Both the position numbers and the translations under genes were made by a program. 64,000 nt of DNA, from the NCBI GenBank assembly GCA_013265495.1, contig MU058384.1, positions 6,258,792-6,322,791 on the forward strand, given 5' to 3'. Under the pieces are notes generated by a model. It did no database searches, was not told where the DNA came from, and worked only from the letters and a program-made list of their open reading frames with translations. This stretch comes from Vicugna vicugna (lineage: Eukaryota). Positions 12,061 through 26,510 of the stretch are shown in pieces; the first letter of the stretch is position 1, and every line of letters begins with the position of its first letter.

Positions 12061-15000
12061 GTGAGTACAAATGTTTATAAGTGAATGAAAAATAAAAATA
12101 GTTTTATTCCCTTTTAAACCAAACAGATTGGTACCAAAGCTATTTCATAGTTTCTATTATAAACAATGTAAAGACAAAAACACAGTTTTGTAGATACATG
12201 ACACCTCTAAAACCCCATTATAATGGAAGATAGTGAACTGTTCAGTTGTAACAGAGATGATTAAGGCTGACTAGATTTCACTTTCTATGAATTTATGAAC
12301 ATGAGGAAAATGTTCTGGTTAGGCTGATCACATAAACAGTCCAGCTTTTGATGATGCGAATGTTTTAGGAGAACATCTTCTAAAGCTGAGCTACTCTTGT
12401 TCAAATTTATCTTTAAGCAAAACAATAGATAAACATGGTTTTAATCCTTTCCCAAACCGTGATGCCCAATTTCAGAAAACTCCGGGTTTTGAGATTCAGT
12501 TACTCTCAGTGTCACCTCAAAGTGAGGCAGAGCTCCGGGACACCCAGAGAAGTATCGCCTCAGTACAAAAACACTAAAACAAAGACCGTCTAAGCCATTC
12601 TTGGGAATACAGGCTAAACGAAACCTATTGTAAGCAAATTTCAGGCATGTGGAATAAATTCAAAACACTGCGGCTTGCCACAGCTCAGTATATTAAGCCT
12701 TATCCCAAATGAGATGTTACTTGATTTATTTAGACTCCTTGGCATGTCTGGATTAATGTGCTGGCAGTCTGAGCAGCATTTCTTCCTGGGTTCTTACAAT
12801 TCTTGGATAGAAGAGCTCAGCTAATTTGAATGACATGTCTATTGGAATCCGACTCCAGGTGCAATTATAATCAGCCTGCGGGATGCGGGAGGCAGAGCAG
12901 TAAGTAGTTCTCCGTGCTGAGCGCACCTTCCCTGGGGGAAAGGCAGACTGCTCATTCTGACTTGCCTCCTGCAGGGCTATCTCTAGCCTAGTCTTCACTG
13001 GAGAGGAGGTACAGTCTAGGAATCAGCCAAACGGGAGGAAAGAAGAGGGAAGGGTGTTTTTTAAAAGGTGTCTCCAACTCTTTCCTGCAGAGAAACCCGA
13101 CTTGGTGGGCAGGCTGCCGTAACGGTAGTTAAAAGAAAAGTGAACCAGATGAAAGGCTGCAAAATAGTGATCTATTCAGTACCAAGTGTGCAATGACCTT
13201 TTGAACAACTATGGGGCCTGCTTATTATGCATTAAATTGAGTGTCAGAGTTCAGAGAGCTGCTGGTTTGATTCCTCTGGCTCAGGCCACCACCAACGCTA
13301 CCCTGAGCAGCTCAAGATGCAACCACGCGCAGGGTGGGCTCTTTGCTTGCTGTCACCGAGGGGCCCACCACTCGTCTAGCAGAGAGGATTCTGCTCATGC
13401 TTACAGAAGTGTTAACGTTCCTCAGTGTTGTCAAGGTCCTCCCTCCTTTAAACACTGCATTTAGCAAAAGGTAAACTCATGAATCCGCTTTCAGAGTTCT
13501 ATTTTAAAAGTCCAACTGGCCTGGCAGGGAGAATGGCATGTCTGGAAGGTCTGGACTCTCGTCCTGTCTCCACTCTTTCCCTGGGGGAGTGACATTTACT
13601 TAGACTCTACCACACCTCTGTTTCCTCATGAATAGAACCAAGAAAATAACACTTGTCCTGCCCAACAAGGAAGATGATAGAAAAGATGATAGAACGTGTT
13701 TGGGAAGATGCTTCCAAAATTGCATGTCGTCTGCAAATGCAAAATATTATCAGTAATAATGGCAAAAATAATCATTAGGAGAGAGACCTTATAGCTATAA
13801 AGTTCTCCTTCTTTCTATAGCCTTTACTTAACACTGGATATGTAGCAGTATGCTATCAGCTTTGCCCACAAAGGGTGCTGAATGAATGTTCACGGCTTAA
13901 TAATGAATATGAATGCAAGCATTAAGATGTGATTTTTTTCCCTAAAAAAATCTCTCTTAAATTATGGGAAATTCCTACATGCTAACTTATGGGTGATTTT
14001 TTGTTGATGTTCCAGAGACTAGAACTACAGACTAGGCTAGAACTACTACCAGAGCTCCCCTGTGGAGTCTCTTGCCCAAATACATCCTCGCAGCTTCTCC
14101 GGGTCATCTCAGAAATGTGCTCTCCGTGCTTATACTGACACCGTTTCCCCGGACAAACACGCTACACAGGACCCCTGAGCAGAAGTAATAACATGAAACA
14201 TCTCTTCTGATTTCTCAGACGTGAACCACTTCATTCATTCACTCATTCAAAAATGTCTTCCTGTGATGCCCACTGTGTGCTGGGCACTGAGCGAGGCACT
14301 CTGCACAAGGTGAAGATGGAATGTTTGTCCCGCATGCTGAGATCGCCCCGACTCAGACTGTCATGGCCGATATACTGTTAGGCTGTACCGCGCTCCTTTT
14401 TAAACGCACAGGAGTCGTGTTGGTTTGCATAGTATGATGTTTCAGTTTATTTGATTCTTCTTTTCCCATGGAGAGCATGCGCATATGAGAAACATTGTAT
14501 TCATGGTGTTTCTGCATATTGTCTTCCACTTCAGAATTATTTTCATACAGGATGGAATTATCTCATTCACTCACAAATATTTATCTGAAATCTACTGAGT
14601 TTTGTAAGTGATAATTCATTTCCTACAAGAGTTCAGAGTTTAGTTAGAAAGACAAACCATAAATATCACAAACGGGCAGATAATACCAGGCAGGGTATCA
14701 CAAAGGCTCGGTGATGACATACAAGTAAGATGTGCCCAGAGAGGTCCCAGCACATAAGACCACTGATATCCTGTGAAGGACAGAGACATATCACAGAGGG
14801 GGAACTTTGATAAATCACAAATGGGTTGAAAGAGAAATTATCTGAATGAAAATTAAGTATTTCCCCTTTGATCTAGGACCAACAATGTTTGGGCAAACAT
14901 TGCCCTGTCACAGAGTGTAAAGCTGGCTGACACACTGGTTCACGAGTTTATTTAAGAGGAAACCACGCTAGTGGACATTTTTTCCAAACTCTAGCCTGTC

Positions 15001-16789
15001 TCCTCCATTTGCAAGGCTATGAAAAGTCTGTACTTACTGAAATCACATCAGAAATTAAAGAAGTTGAGGAATTGCTGGAATGAGTATTGAAATACTATTG
15101 TAAAATTCCACTCTCTGTAATAAGAGGAAAAGACCATCCCATGTCCTGTGAGTGGATGTGATTAAACAGCCTAACAGTGCCCCAGAAACAAAGGAGAGAA
15201 AGCAGGGAATTCTATCACCCTATTTATACTTGTCAACCACAAGAACAGAATGCCATGGCAGTAAGTTCTCATCAATGCAGAAATTATTGCTCACAGCTTA
15301 ACTCTTTTGTCTATTTTCAACTATATGTCAAAGAAAGAAGTATACAGTATTCTAACCTGGAAATGCCAAAATTGTAAACTTAATAAAACCATAGTTTATC
15401 TTTAGACCCCTGATTATATCTATTTGGTTAATCTGTGTATAAGTTATGCTTAGTTACTGTCTACCACTACTTACTACAGTACCGCTAGTTTCTACAGCTA
15501 ACCTATCTAAATATAAAGTGCTCAGGTGGAATAAACCCTTAAGTTCGTGTTTCAGACTTCATACAATTTATCTGTGTTGCTTTATCAATTATGTGTATTT
15601 GAAATACACTGAGAATAAACATGGATAGTTTATATTTGTGTATGTGTGCATATATGTAAAATGTGTATAATGCATGTATGTGTATGCACATGTGTATACG
15701 TATCAATGTTAAATGTCATAGTCAGAAAAAAGCCCACAGTATAATAACAATAATAACTTTCATTAATCATGCATTCAACAAAGATTCTTGAGCAATTAGT
15801 ATACGGAAGGTGCTGTGCTGGGCACTGCGGGGAGAAGAGATTTACAAGACGTCTAACAGTCTAGGATATACATAACAAAGCTCAAAACTCAGACACAGCT
15901 GTCACATCCGCTTTGTGAAAAATGCGAGCTGCTTTTCAGGCACCACCCTGGAGAGGCAGGCTCTAGTGAACAAACTCCCAGCATGTCCATCACAATACAG
16001 ACTTTGCACATTTTTACCAGGTAGTACACAGGTTCACAACGTATATGGCTTTCCCTCAACCGTTGAAGGATGAAAGTAGGAAAACGAAAGACCACAAGCA
16101 AAACAAATGCCCCAGTGCAGCACATCATGGGGTTAGACAGTAAACCCAGGGAAAAGCAGAAAAGGCAAAGCTGGAAAATTGGAGTAGGGTGCGGGGTATA
16201 CTTCCGAGCAGGAATACTATGCAGTGCCTACAACAAAGGGGTAAAATGACCTATCAGGTTTAACTCAGTGATGGTAGGGAAAAAACCAGAACATTCTCTA
16301 TGTATTTTGGGTAATTAAAAAGGCTCCTGTACAAAGATCCAGAAATTAATTTAATAACTGTATTTTCAAGACTCTACTTAGCTCCTCAAATTACTTTGTG
16401 ATTTCAGGTAAACATTTAACCTCTCAGAACCCTATTTCTATCTATATAGTGGGAACAATATTTATTAGTGTTATTTTAAAGATTAAAAGAATAACTTATT
16501 TTTTTGATTGTTGTTTTATTTTTTTTAATAGTAACATGCCTGATTATGAATATCCAATTTAGAGTGTGTCTGTGATACATATGAGGGCTGTGTATACACA
16601 TATGTGCATACAAACATAAGTCCTTAGTCATTTAATATTCCAAAACATATAAATTCTGACTGTCTACCATGTGCACTAACCAATTCATCACAAGTCCTAA
16701 GACTTTATCTTGAAAATAAGCCCCATAGTCACTTCTTATTTCCTGTTTTCATTTACTAAACCCTAACTCTGACCCTCTCTCTGTCTCAG

Positions 16790-17192
16790 GTCTCAATCAC
16801 CCAGTATTTTGTGATTCCCTTCTTCCTTTGTAAAAAACAGGGTCTTAGTTGTGCTCATGACCACCTAAACATACTTCTGCATTTCCCAGCCTCTCTTATA
16901 TATGGGTTTGCAATCTTATACATAACTGCATTCTACCCAACAGAAGCAAGTCTAAGAGGCATGTGCCATTTTCAGTTAGATTTGTCTTCCCTGCCCTTCC
17001 CTCTTCAGCTGCTGGAAGGTGGTAAGAATTAGAACCACCACTTTGGACCCACCAAGGGGAGGCAAGTGAAAAGGAAATCAACCACCAGCTAGCTCCTGAT
17101 CACCTGTCAACCTCTGGAATGCTATGTGAGAAAGAACATCTATCTTGTTGAATTTGGGTGTTCCTAGATTTCTTTGTTAGTCTAACTAATAC
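16790..17192 (+). mobile_element. Old MLT1 (G/H/I-like) LTR
   Basis: catttcccagcctctctt and 3' atgtgagaaagaacatctatcttgtt...ctaactaataca. Approximate. Confidence 0.55.
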
Positions 17193-17403
17193 ATAAAGTT
17201 AAATCTTAAAACAGACTCAGAAGCTGTGAGTGTACCAGAAGAGAGGGCAGACAGTCTTGATTTTGCTAAAAGATATGGTAAGGAGGAAAAGGATAGGAAA
17301 TAAGGCTCGTGGCAGGTGAGTGGAGGTGAGCCCTGATATCCCAGCCAGACAGGAAGTGACGATCACTCGGAGATGACAGACTGGGTCAAGAGACTGGGTA
17401 CCT

Positions 17404-17535
17404 CGGGAGTGAGGGGTGTAGCTCAGCGGTAGAGCATGTACTTGGCATTTATGAGGTCCTGGGTTCAATCCCCAATGCCTCCATTAAGGGGGAATTTTTT
17501 TTAATTAAATAAATAAATAAATTTTTTTTTGAAAA
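17404..17535 (+). mobile_element. Camelid tRNA-derived SINE
   Basis: GGTGTAGCTCAGCGGTAGAGC ... GGTCCTGGGTTCAATCCCCAATGCCTCC with an AATAAA-rich tail. Perfect 16-bp TSD AAGAGACTGGGTACCT at 17388-17403 and 17536-17551. Confidence 0.92.
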
Positions 17536-17609
17536 AAGAGACTGGGTACCTTGACGAGATCTCAACGGAATATGAGGGTCACTTAACAGAAATCAATGGA
17601 GACTAAAAC

Positions 17610-18510
17610 AAATATGGAACCACACACAGCAATATGGATGAATTTTACAAGGACAAAGTTAAGCAAAAGAAGCTGGACACAAAAAAAACTACACATAGCA
17701 CATGTAATTCCACTAATACAAAGTGAAAAACAGGTAACATCAAACTATGATATTAAACGTAAGAAGAAAGGATTCTGGTTGGGAAGGGAGCTTGAGGGAG
17801 GCTGCTGGGAGCTGGCCATGTTCCTTGTCTTCTCTGAATCCATGGTGTGTTCAGTTCTATGAAAATTCACAAAATTGCACATTTATAATACTGCACATTT
17901 CTGTACATTTATTACACTTCAAACACTAACTTTTAAAACCACCCAACTGAAAAAATATATACCTTTTTTATTTATCAAAATAGCAGAAGTTGTAGTTAAA
18001 AAAAAAAAAAAAAGACAGTAATTCTCATTGCTGGCAAGCATGAGACAAAAGCTCCTATGCCCCGCTGGTCTGACTTTCAAATGGCACAAGCCTGTGGAAA
18101 GCTATCTGGCAAAATGTTTCCAGAGCTTTAAAATATGCGTGGCCTTTGACCTAGGATTCCATTTCTAGAAGTTCATTCTAAGAAAATTAGAAATATGAGG
18201 AGACTTACACATAAATATATTCAATGAATTATTTATAAGGGGGGGGAAACTTTGAAAGGAATGCAAATACCCCCAAATGGGAAAATGATTACATAAACCC
18301 CTACACCCTGTGATGTGATAATTTTGCAAGTAATTTTCAATTACATGATGAAATAATGCAGTTTTTTTAAAATGCAAGCTAGAAAAAATAAATATACTGT
18401 ATAGCCTATTCCAAATATACATAAAATACATATACCTAAGTGTGGTTATCTCTGAGTAGAGTGATTTTGGTGTTCTTTTCATAAATTGTTATTCCCCAGA
18501 TTTTCTAAAA
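17610..18510 (+). mobile_element. L1ME-like 3' end fragments
   Basis: cagcaatatggatgaatttt, aagcaaaagaagctggacacaaaa, tgaaaattcacaaaattgcac, ctttgacctaggattccatttctagaa. Approximate. Confidence 0.6.
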
Positions 18511-19633
18511 GGAATTTGCAATATTTTGTTCATTACAGATTTAAGAACAATCATGCGTGCTGGTGTTGCATTTTTATTTGCTTTTCTCATGGAGTGTCAC
18601 ATTTTTATAACAGCACAAGTTAACAGTGGGGTTCTGTTCCATAAGAATTGTATTAACTATTTGACTCTGGGCTGCTTGAGGGCAGGGTGTATTTTAATCA
18701 TCTTAAATTTCCTCCATAGTATTTTGTAGAGAACAGTCTATATGCTCAAAAAACACTGAATCAAACGTATATGCAGACCTGCTCTATCACCTTCTATTTA
18801 TATAGTTGTACTGTACAATTAAATAAGCATCATGCATCATTAAATCTTTTGCTGCTTGCATTCAAAAGTAAAAATAAAATACTTCCCACTGTGTGACTTC
18901 TGGTTTAGCCACCCACCCCGCTCTGTCTTCTGACTAGGCTCAGGAAGGCAGAGGGCAGAAGTCCAGAGATGGTGTGGACAGGGTACAGAGGAGCAGAAGA
19001 CAGGGCTGAGGGCTCAGCCCCACCTCACATGCTCCCCCTAGGCCACTACTTTGATCTTCTAACTCTCTTCCCCTTCCCCCACGACCCAAGGCTGAAGGAT
19101 GTAAAACTCAGCAATGCCAAGGGTGAATTAACACCTGGGGATAATCATTTAACTGGCCCAATGGGGAACCAGAGCTCTGTTTGAAGCAGACTGCAGGGAG
19201 CCAACAGAGGAGGGGAAAGCCAGGTCATCAGGAGGGACTGCCCTGGCCACAGGAGAGGAGGGAGCCTTCAAGGGGAAAGGGAAGAGTTATGATTGATAGA
19301 AGAAGTTAAGATCTCAGTTCAATTAAAAACGAAATTTTTTTTTCTTCAAGGATCTCTATCCTTATCAAATTGTAGCCTTTATTTTTGGAAGTAGTTCCTA
19401 ATTTTTATGTTGGATGATAATATTTGAAAATTTATGAACTGAATATCAATTACCCAATGCCACTAATTAAGCTGGATTTAATTATACCAATTTAAATAGT
19501 ACTTTCTCAAAATGTGCATTCTCTTTCTCCTAGTATTCCTTACACTGCTGTTCACTCTAAAGTTTAGATCAAATTTGGAGAAAAAGCAGTATATAATTTT
19601 TATTTAAGAAACATCAATAACACATTTCTATTT

Positions 19634-19915
19634 TTTTTGGCGGTGGGTGTGTGTGTGTGCTATAATTAAGTTTACTTGTTTGATTTTTTTTAAAAATAGA
19701 AGTACTGGAGATTGAACCCAGGACCTTGTGCATGCTAAGCATGTGCTCCACCACTTGAGCTATACCCTCCCACCTCAACATGATATTTTGTTTATTTGTT
19801 TTGGGGGGGAGGTAATCAGGTTTATTTATTTTTTTTTAATGGAGGTACTGGGGATTGAACAAAGGACCTTGTGCATGCTAGGCAGGCACTCTATCACTGA
19901 GCTATACCCTTCCCC
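19634..19915 (-). mobile_element. Head-to-tail dimer of camelid tRNA-derived SINE
   Basis: Two monomers (heads near 19915 and 19774), each with A/B-box-like motifs and tail. One 16-bp TSD TAACACATTTCTATTT at 19618-19633 and 19916-19931 flanks the pair. Confidence 0.9.
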
Positions 19916-20611
19916 TAACACATTTCTATTTGTTTAAAAGTATATTTTACAGGAACACTTTTTTCTACCATATACCACTGTTACCTCATTAAATCAATGA
20001 AAGAAATTAAATCAACAAATGTTGGTAGCACACAGTATGCTAAGGGCATGACCTGGCCTTACAAATATTAGCAAATTTGAAATGTTAAACTTTTAATAGA
20101 CATGCTTTGGTACTTGAAGTGTTTTAAAAGCTTAGTAGCCCTCTATCTTTTTTAAGTCCACTTAAATGACCCTGAAAAAAGTGGATATAAAATTTAACAC
20201 TATAACTTTGGTGGGGAGAGTAGATGCTTCCAAATTACCTTGCCAATCCAGACTCCAAAGTCTTCTTTGCCAGTCAGGACCCAAGCCTTTTCCATGTACA
20301 ATGGCAGCTAAGGACCCAGGACCTCAGGACCACCGACTCACCAACTACAGTTTCTTTTATAATAAAATCCAGATTGGAACAGAGGTTTTGCAAGATCAAA
20401 GTCTAGTTAGTGGAAGGTAAACTCTTTTTTTCACTACTTAAAAAGGAACTAAAGTTACTCTCCACTAAATATGACTACACATATCCATTAGTCTCATCAG
20501 AAATAAAAAATAGTCTTAAACCACACAGTTACAGCCAAATATAATCCTAAATCACATAAAACCGAGAACTCACTCTAGTCTGATGAATAACATGGACAGA
20601 CATCACATCAT

Positions 20612-20850
20612 GACCAATACCCCCTGAGCATTCAGTATACGCCAGGCACTGCCCTAAAAGCTTTGGGAGGTAATCTTGTTTACCCCTCATAGGAATATAC
20701 GAGGTAGGCACATATAGATGGGGAAACTGAGGCACTAAGAAGCTAAGTAACTTATCCAAGACATCACAGCTAACAAGTGGTAAATTCTGGTCTTAAATTA
20801 AGTTATTCTCACTCCAGAATTTACATTCTCTACCATTATACTAGACTGCC
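20612..20850 (-). mobile_element. MIR SINE, near full length
   Basis: Core atagatggggaaactgaggcactaagaagctaagtaacttatccaagacatcacagctaacaagtgg. Confidence 0.85.
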
Positions 20851-23201
20851 TTTGTAAGAACAAATTTTTATTTTTTTTTTCCTGCTGAGCTTCATTCAAT
20901 CGTTATGTGTAGATTCTAGAAATCAGACAAAGTTGTTTTTTTTTTCCTTTAATCTCCACACAAATCATTTAGGAGGACAAGACTATACAGACAGTGCTTC
21001 TGCAAGGTAACCACATTAAAGACTTCCGGCCAAATTTGAGCCCATTAACTAAAGTGCACGCAAGGATTCTCCAAGGAGCCAGATGCCGCCCTGGGAGAAG
21101 GAATATCTTCTCTAGTTCATCAGCCAGAACTTCAGCTGGGCATTCACCAAGAAGAGATGACGAAGGAAGAACAGTTTGTTCATTACTTGAAGGGTCCAAA
21201 TGTAAAGCACGTGATGTGTTTAGTAAGAACTATTGAATCCTTAGTAATAAATGCACTTAAGCAAAATCCAAACTGCAGCACCAACAGTAAAAGAAACTCT
21301 ATAAAGGTATGCATTATAATTCTGGGAATGTTTGCATAATTAAATAAGTGAAAGCTGGCCCTAATCCCCTTTTCATGTTTAGCTCTTAATACAGGTCAGA
21401 GGGTTTTTTCCCCTCTACTTCAAATCCTCCAAAGAATGCTAGAGAAAATCAGGCAACCAAAACAAGCAGCTTTTAATTTTCTGGCACTCTACCATTTGGA
21501 AAATAGACTTGAATCACATGATAGATAGTGGTCTAGGAATTTTAGAAATATGAGTTTGGTTTCCATAATAAATACCTTTACAAGGAAGGAAGCTGAAAAA
21601 TGGAAAACATCAGTAGTGCTTTTCTTTTCTTTCTTTTTTCTTTATTCCAGAAAATCAGTAACAAACACAGGAACCTCAAGTTGGATTTGAATCTACATAG
21701 AGTTCACTATTTGATTTATAAAATCCTACTAGGCTCAACTTAATTGAATTGAGAAGACTCAAATCACTGGCGCTGAGAAGGTTTATTATTACATTTTCCC
21801 TGTGGCACAAGGGATCTTCGGATTATTCGAGAGTCAGGGGTGTGGCACCCCATGAACTGCCTCCGTTAAGTGGGCTGTGATGTGGTGCCCCCGGGGGAAG
21901 CAAGCAGCCTCCTAGGGCAAGGAAGGAAGAGGGCAAGAACAAAAGTTCTGGCGACTTGTGGGAGTTTGGTCCTGTGAGGTCTGTCTCCTTTCACCCTCTT
22001 CACCCCCACTCAACATCTAATCCAATCTTCTTCCAATTTAAGGAATAGGAACAAATTCCCAAGAAAATGAAATAGAACAATTTAATAAATCTCTTATGAT
22101 AAATACCTTTGCTTCAATTAAAAGATGCCTAGCTGAGGTTATTTAACGATGTAGGTTGATAAAACTGAATTAGTATTTGCATAATTAACTTAAACAGGCC
22201 AATTAAAGAGTTTTAATTAATCCCTTCCTAATAAAAGTAAATAAGAAAGGATTTTTCCTCTAAATTCAAAGATATGTGTATCATGTATTGTTGAAATTTT
22301 ATGCCAATAGCTATGCAAAATCTACTAAAGAGAGCACAGACAATACATTTGAAAGTGCAAAGTAAGTAAGTGATTATCTTTCAACTTCGGTAAAAACCAG
22401 TACTATAGATATATTTTTAAACACATCACATTATTTTACTAGGGCAATTAGAAGAGAAGTGAAATAATAAATACATTTCATATATTTCTTGTTAATTTTG
22501 ATGGAAAAACTCCCAAAATTAAGAAATCATAGATGCGTCCTGGAAATTATATATTTGGTTAAAGTACAAAAACAGGTTTTATACAACTTGTTCATAGTCT
22601 TTAACTTGGAATACAGACTATGCAATCTAACTGATTTATATTGGCATTTGCTGAGGACAAAAGTATTGAATGTTGTGATAAGGCATTTTTAATAAAGAGA
22701 ACTCATAAAATATAAACTCATTCAAAGACTTATCAATGTTGACCCAAATTTTGCTTTCCAGCCTTCCCTTCCACCCTTGCTTTCACAGATTTGGGACTGA
22801 GTTACCCAGCAGGTGTGCCCATGTTTACTTCATTGTACATGATGCTCTGTTTGCACTGAGTGTCTTTCAATGTATTGCTAGATGCTGTCTCTTCTGTGAA
22901 GTCCTGACTTCATTCTTTCTCTCCTTCTTTGATCAGTTTGTAGTAATTTCCTTATGATGATCTACCTTGTGTCACTACTTTTGTTTGTGTCTTATCTCTT
23001 CTATTATTCTGTAACCTTCTTTAGAGCGAGGACTACATTTAATAGACCTTAAATTCCCCACAATACCTAAAACAGAACCTGGTCCATACCAAGTGCTGAA
23101 TAACCACCTGTTAAATAATGAATGGAAATATTAATGAAGTTTGACAATCTACACTACATACACTACGTAATATTTGATACAGATATGTCTTCCCTCTATA
23201 T

Positions 23202-23389
23202 CTGTGCTAATACAATAAACACTAGCTACCTGTGGCTGCTTAAATATAAATTAACCAATATTAAAAATTCAATTGCTCTGTTACGCTAGCCACATTTCGA
23301 GCATTTAATAGCCATGTGACTAGTGGCTTGTATAGTACGCAATACAGATTATAGAACATTTCCATCACAGTTAACACTGTACAACACTG
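23202..23389 (-). mobile_element. MER3 (hAT-Charlie) DNA transposon
   Basis: ctagccacatttcgagcatttaatagccatgtgactagtggct and atagaacatttccatcacag match the recalled MER3 consensus in reverse. Confidence 0.8.
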
Positions 23390-23993
23390 CCCTACAGAGA
23401 AATCAAAGTGATTCTATTAGAAAGAAAGTCAGATTGTTTGATCCTTAGCTCAAAACCATCCAATAGCTTTCCAGCTCACTGTAAGTAAAAGGTAAAAAAC
23501 TTTATAATGACTTTACATGAACTGCCTTTCTGTCCCCAGCTCCCCCCCACCATATTACTTACCACTTTCTCATTCTTACTGCTTTCTAACTGGCCACAAT
23601 GTTCCCAAAACACAACCAACATGCACTTACCCCAGGACTTCTGCGCAGTCTGTTCTGTCTAGAACTCTTCCCCAGATACCTGCATGGCCCATACCATGAC
23701 TTCCCCTGTCTGATGCTCTCACTAAGGCTTCCCTAGCCATGCAATGCAAAATTATCACCCTCCTGTCCCCACACATTCTCTCTCTTCTTTTCTTGCTTTG
23801 TTTTTCTCCTTAGCACTTATCATTACCTAATATACAATATTTTATATATTAATCTTGGTAATTTTTTGCCTTCCTACAGTGGAATATAAATTCCAGAGAG
23901 GAAACTCTTGTCTGTTTTATACCCTGCTGAAGTCCCCACCTAAAATAGTGCCTGGCATATTATTAGTATTCAATAAATATTTGTTGAATTAAT
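23390..23993 (+). mobile_element. L2a LINE 3' fragment
   Basis: gctcaaaaccatccaatagctttcc and 3' end agtgcctggcatattattagtattcaataaatatttgttgaat. Confidence 0.8.
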
Positions 23994-26510
23994 CAAGAGC
24001 ATTTGCATTCCATAGATAGGCAGTAAAATATAAAATATTGAAAATGACTTTTTCAAAGAGACTTGTGGAAATTAGTAACCTCACTGTGACAAACACAAGA
24101 ATAAATAAGAAAAGGTTACTAGAGAGCTTAGAGTTTTTGAGAACAACAACTCTTTCTACCACCAAGATAAACATTACATTCATTCAGAACCATGTGGGCT
24201 AGTATAACCCATTCTGGTTTTTATTGGAGAGAGGCTGCTGAGCCATTCACTCATTCACATATCCGAGGGACATTTCATGATACTTGGTTCCATGTTCCAG
24301 CAGATGGCTAAGATCCTTGGAATACAGATATAAGTATGGTCCCCACCAACTGAAAGACCTGTTAGGGTGGCAGGGAGTCAGACAATATTCTAGCACAGTA
24401 GGTAAGGCCGTGGCTGTGGCCGGCATAGAAGACATCTAGGGAGGCAGATAGAAAAGGTGCTTCAAACTCATACACTAAGAAATGATGTTCAGAATGTAAC
24501 GTTCCTAAACGAGAAAGAAAAAGAGTTATTTACAAGAAGAACCAAGGGAGTGTGTTTAAGTAGAAAAAATAGCACGTCTAAAGGCAGCAAAGAATGAGTG
24601 AACAGGTACTGTCAGAGGAGGGTCTGAAAACAGAATGTAGTAGTAGATGTCAAATCAAGTGAATAAGGAATTGGCGTTTCTCATCTCCCCCTCACATGAA
24701 GAGCCAAGGGGACTAGAGGCTGAATATAAGCAAACTGTGTTGAGATGGCCGATGAAACAGGGCCAACAAAAGACCAGAAGTCTACCCCCTAAATAAATGA
24801 AAATGCTTTCTATTACTTACAGGCTTATATTAGCTGATAATTAAATGCCCAGAAAATTATTAGCCTTAATTATTTTATATTAAGAAAAGCCTTTAATAGT
24901 CAAGCCAACAACTGGAATTTTTCTTATCACTAGAGGGCTGTGGGGGCTGGAAATAGCAATGGTTTTTATTTTATTTGGTATGACTATGACATTTATGCAT
25001 TTCCTATCTAAAGGATCTACATGTATTACACTTGTTAGATGAAAAAAAAAAGAACCAGCTCTGAATGTTTTAAGAAAAATACTGAACTAGGAACCACCAC
25101 TTGTCAAATCCATTAAGAGTTTGTACCATCTTTTCAGCTGGAGTACAGTGACTGGGACAAATACAGGTCTTCAATGAACACTCACTAAATGGATGCTAAT
25201 GAATTAATGGGATTAAGTTATTCATCGCGTCAGTAACGAGGGATGTTATCTGCTCTGCCCTCATTACTAAATAACATCAAAGTTAGAAAAGAGACAATGT
25301 GCTTTGTATTTTTCATCTAATCTACCTCTCATTGGCAATACTCACTTTGAATTTTTAAGAAATGAACAAAGGAAGCAACCCAAAGACATCAAGAGTTTAA
25401 ATCCCCAAGACATTTTTATGCAGAATATACGACAGGGAAGTATATCAGTTGTGGAGTAGCTTCCTTTATTTTATAAAAGACAGTATAAATTATGAATGTG
25501 CAAATAGATTATTGTCACTCAGATGTGAATAGATTATTTTAAGGAGATGAGCTCAATCATAAAAAAGAAATAGTTCTTGATAAAAGGGAAATCCCTGAAG
25601 TTAAATGTAATCTTTCTTAACAAACATTTCCATCAAACTGTCGTTTTGATACGGAACTAACATGGTACAGTATACTACCCTTGACTTAAACGTACCAGAA
25701 CAAAGCATTATTTATTTTTCCACTTCAGTTAAAGAAGGCACTTGGGGGGAAATTGAAAGATTATTTATTTTATACGACTATGTGCTCTAAAATCCTATTG
25801 TTTAGACTAAGTCATTGGGAGTTAAATAAAGCTTATGGAAAATACCAATAAAGCAAGGCAGTGAGTTGTTTCACAGTTTTCATTCTCTATCAGGCCAATT
25901 TTTGTTTTTCTGTATAAACAAATTGAGGTCTGAAATAACTTTAACATAGTTTTTAACTTTTTTGCTTTTACAATCCCACAATCACGTTTACCTTCAGGTA
26001 CAGTAAAACCACATGAATTCTAATTTAGCCAAATGCTTTTCTTTGCCATTTGGCCTGCACAATACTAATGTTTCCTTTTACATAAGTGCATGCATGCAAG
26101 GGTAGTAACAGAAATGACAAACCTTTTACATAACTGTATGAATATAATGGTGGTAACAAATAATTTTAAAAGTACTGATGCTATTCTAAGTGCTAAATTA
26201 GTTACTTAATTTCACCCTCATAGGAAGTCTAAGAGGCACGCACTGTTATTGTCTCCATCACAGGAGTGATGAAAGGGAGGCAAGAGAGGGTAAGAGAGGG
26301 GGCCCAGGTGGAAGAGCCAAGAAGCTGGGCTCCACCCCAGGCATCTGTCTCAGCACCCACGCCCTTCACCACTGTGCAACACCATTTGTCAACTACTCAG
26401 TGGAAGTTATTTATTAGCGTTATTATTATTTTCACAATTAAAGGAACGATCAAATAATTAACAGTTCTATAACCCATGCTCCTCCCTCATTTTATTGGCC
26501 CTTGTTTCTT

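Noticed and set aside
12753..12998. Minus-strand ORF with good acceptor (ctttcccccag| at 12933-12932) resembling a terminal exon (GKVRSARR...RLPAH*)
   Set aside because: The long frame needs phase 1, but the upstream EYA4 exon ends in phase 2, which gives a stop after ~20 codons. No protein similarity recognised. It could still be non-coding regulatory sequence.
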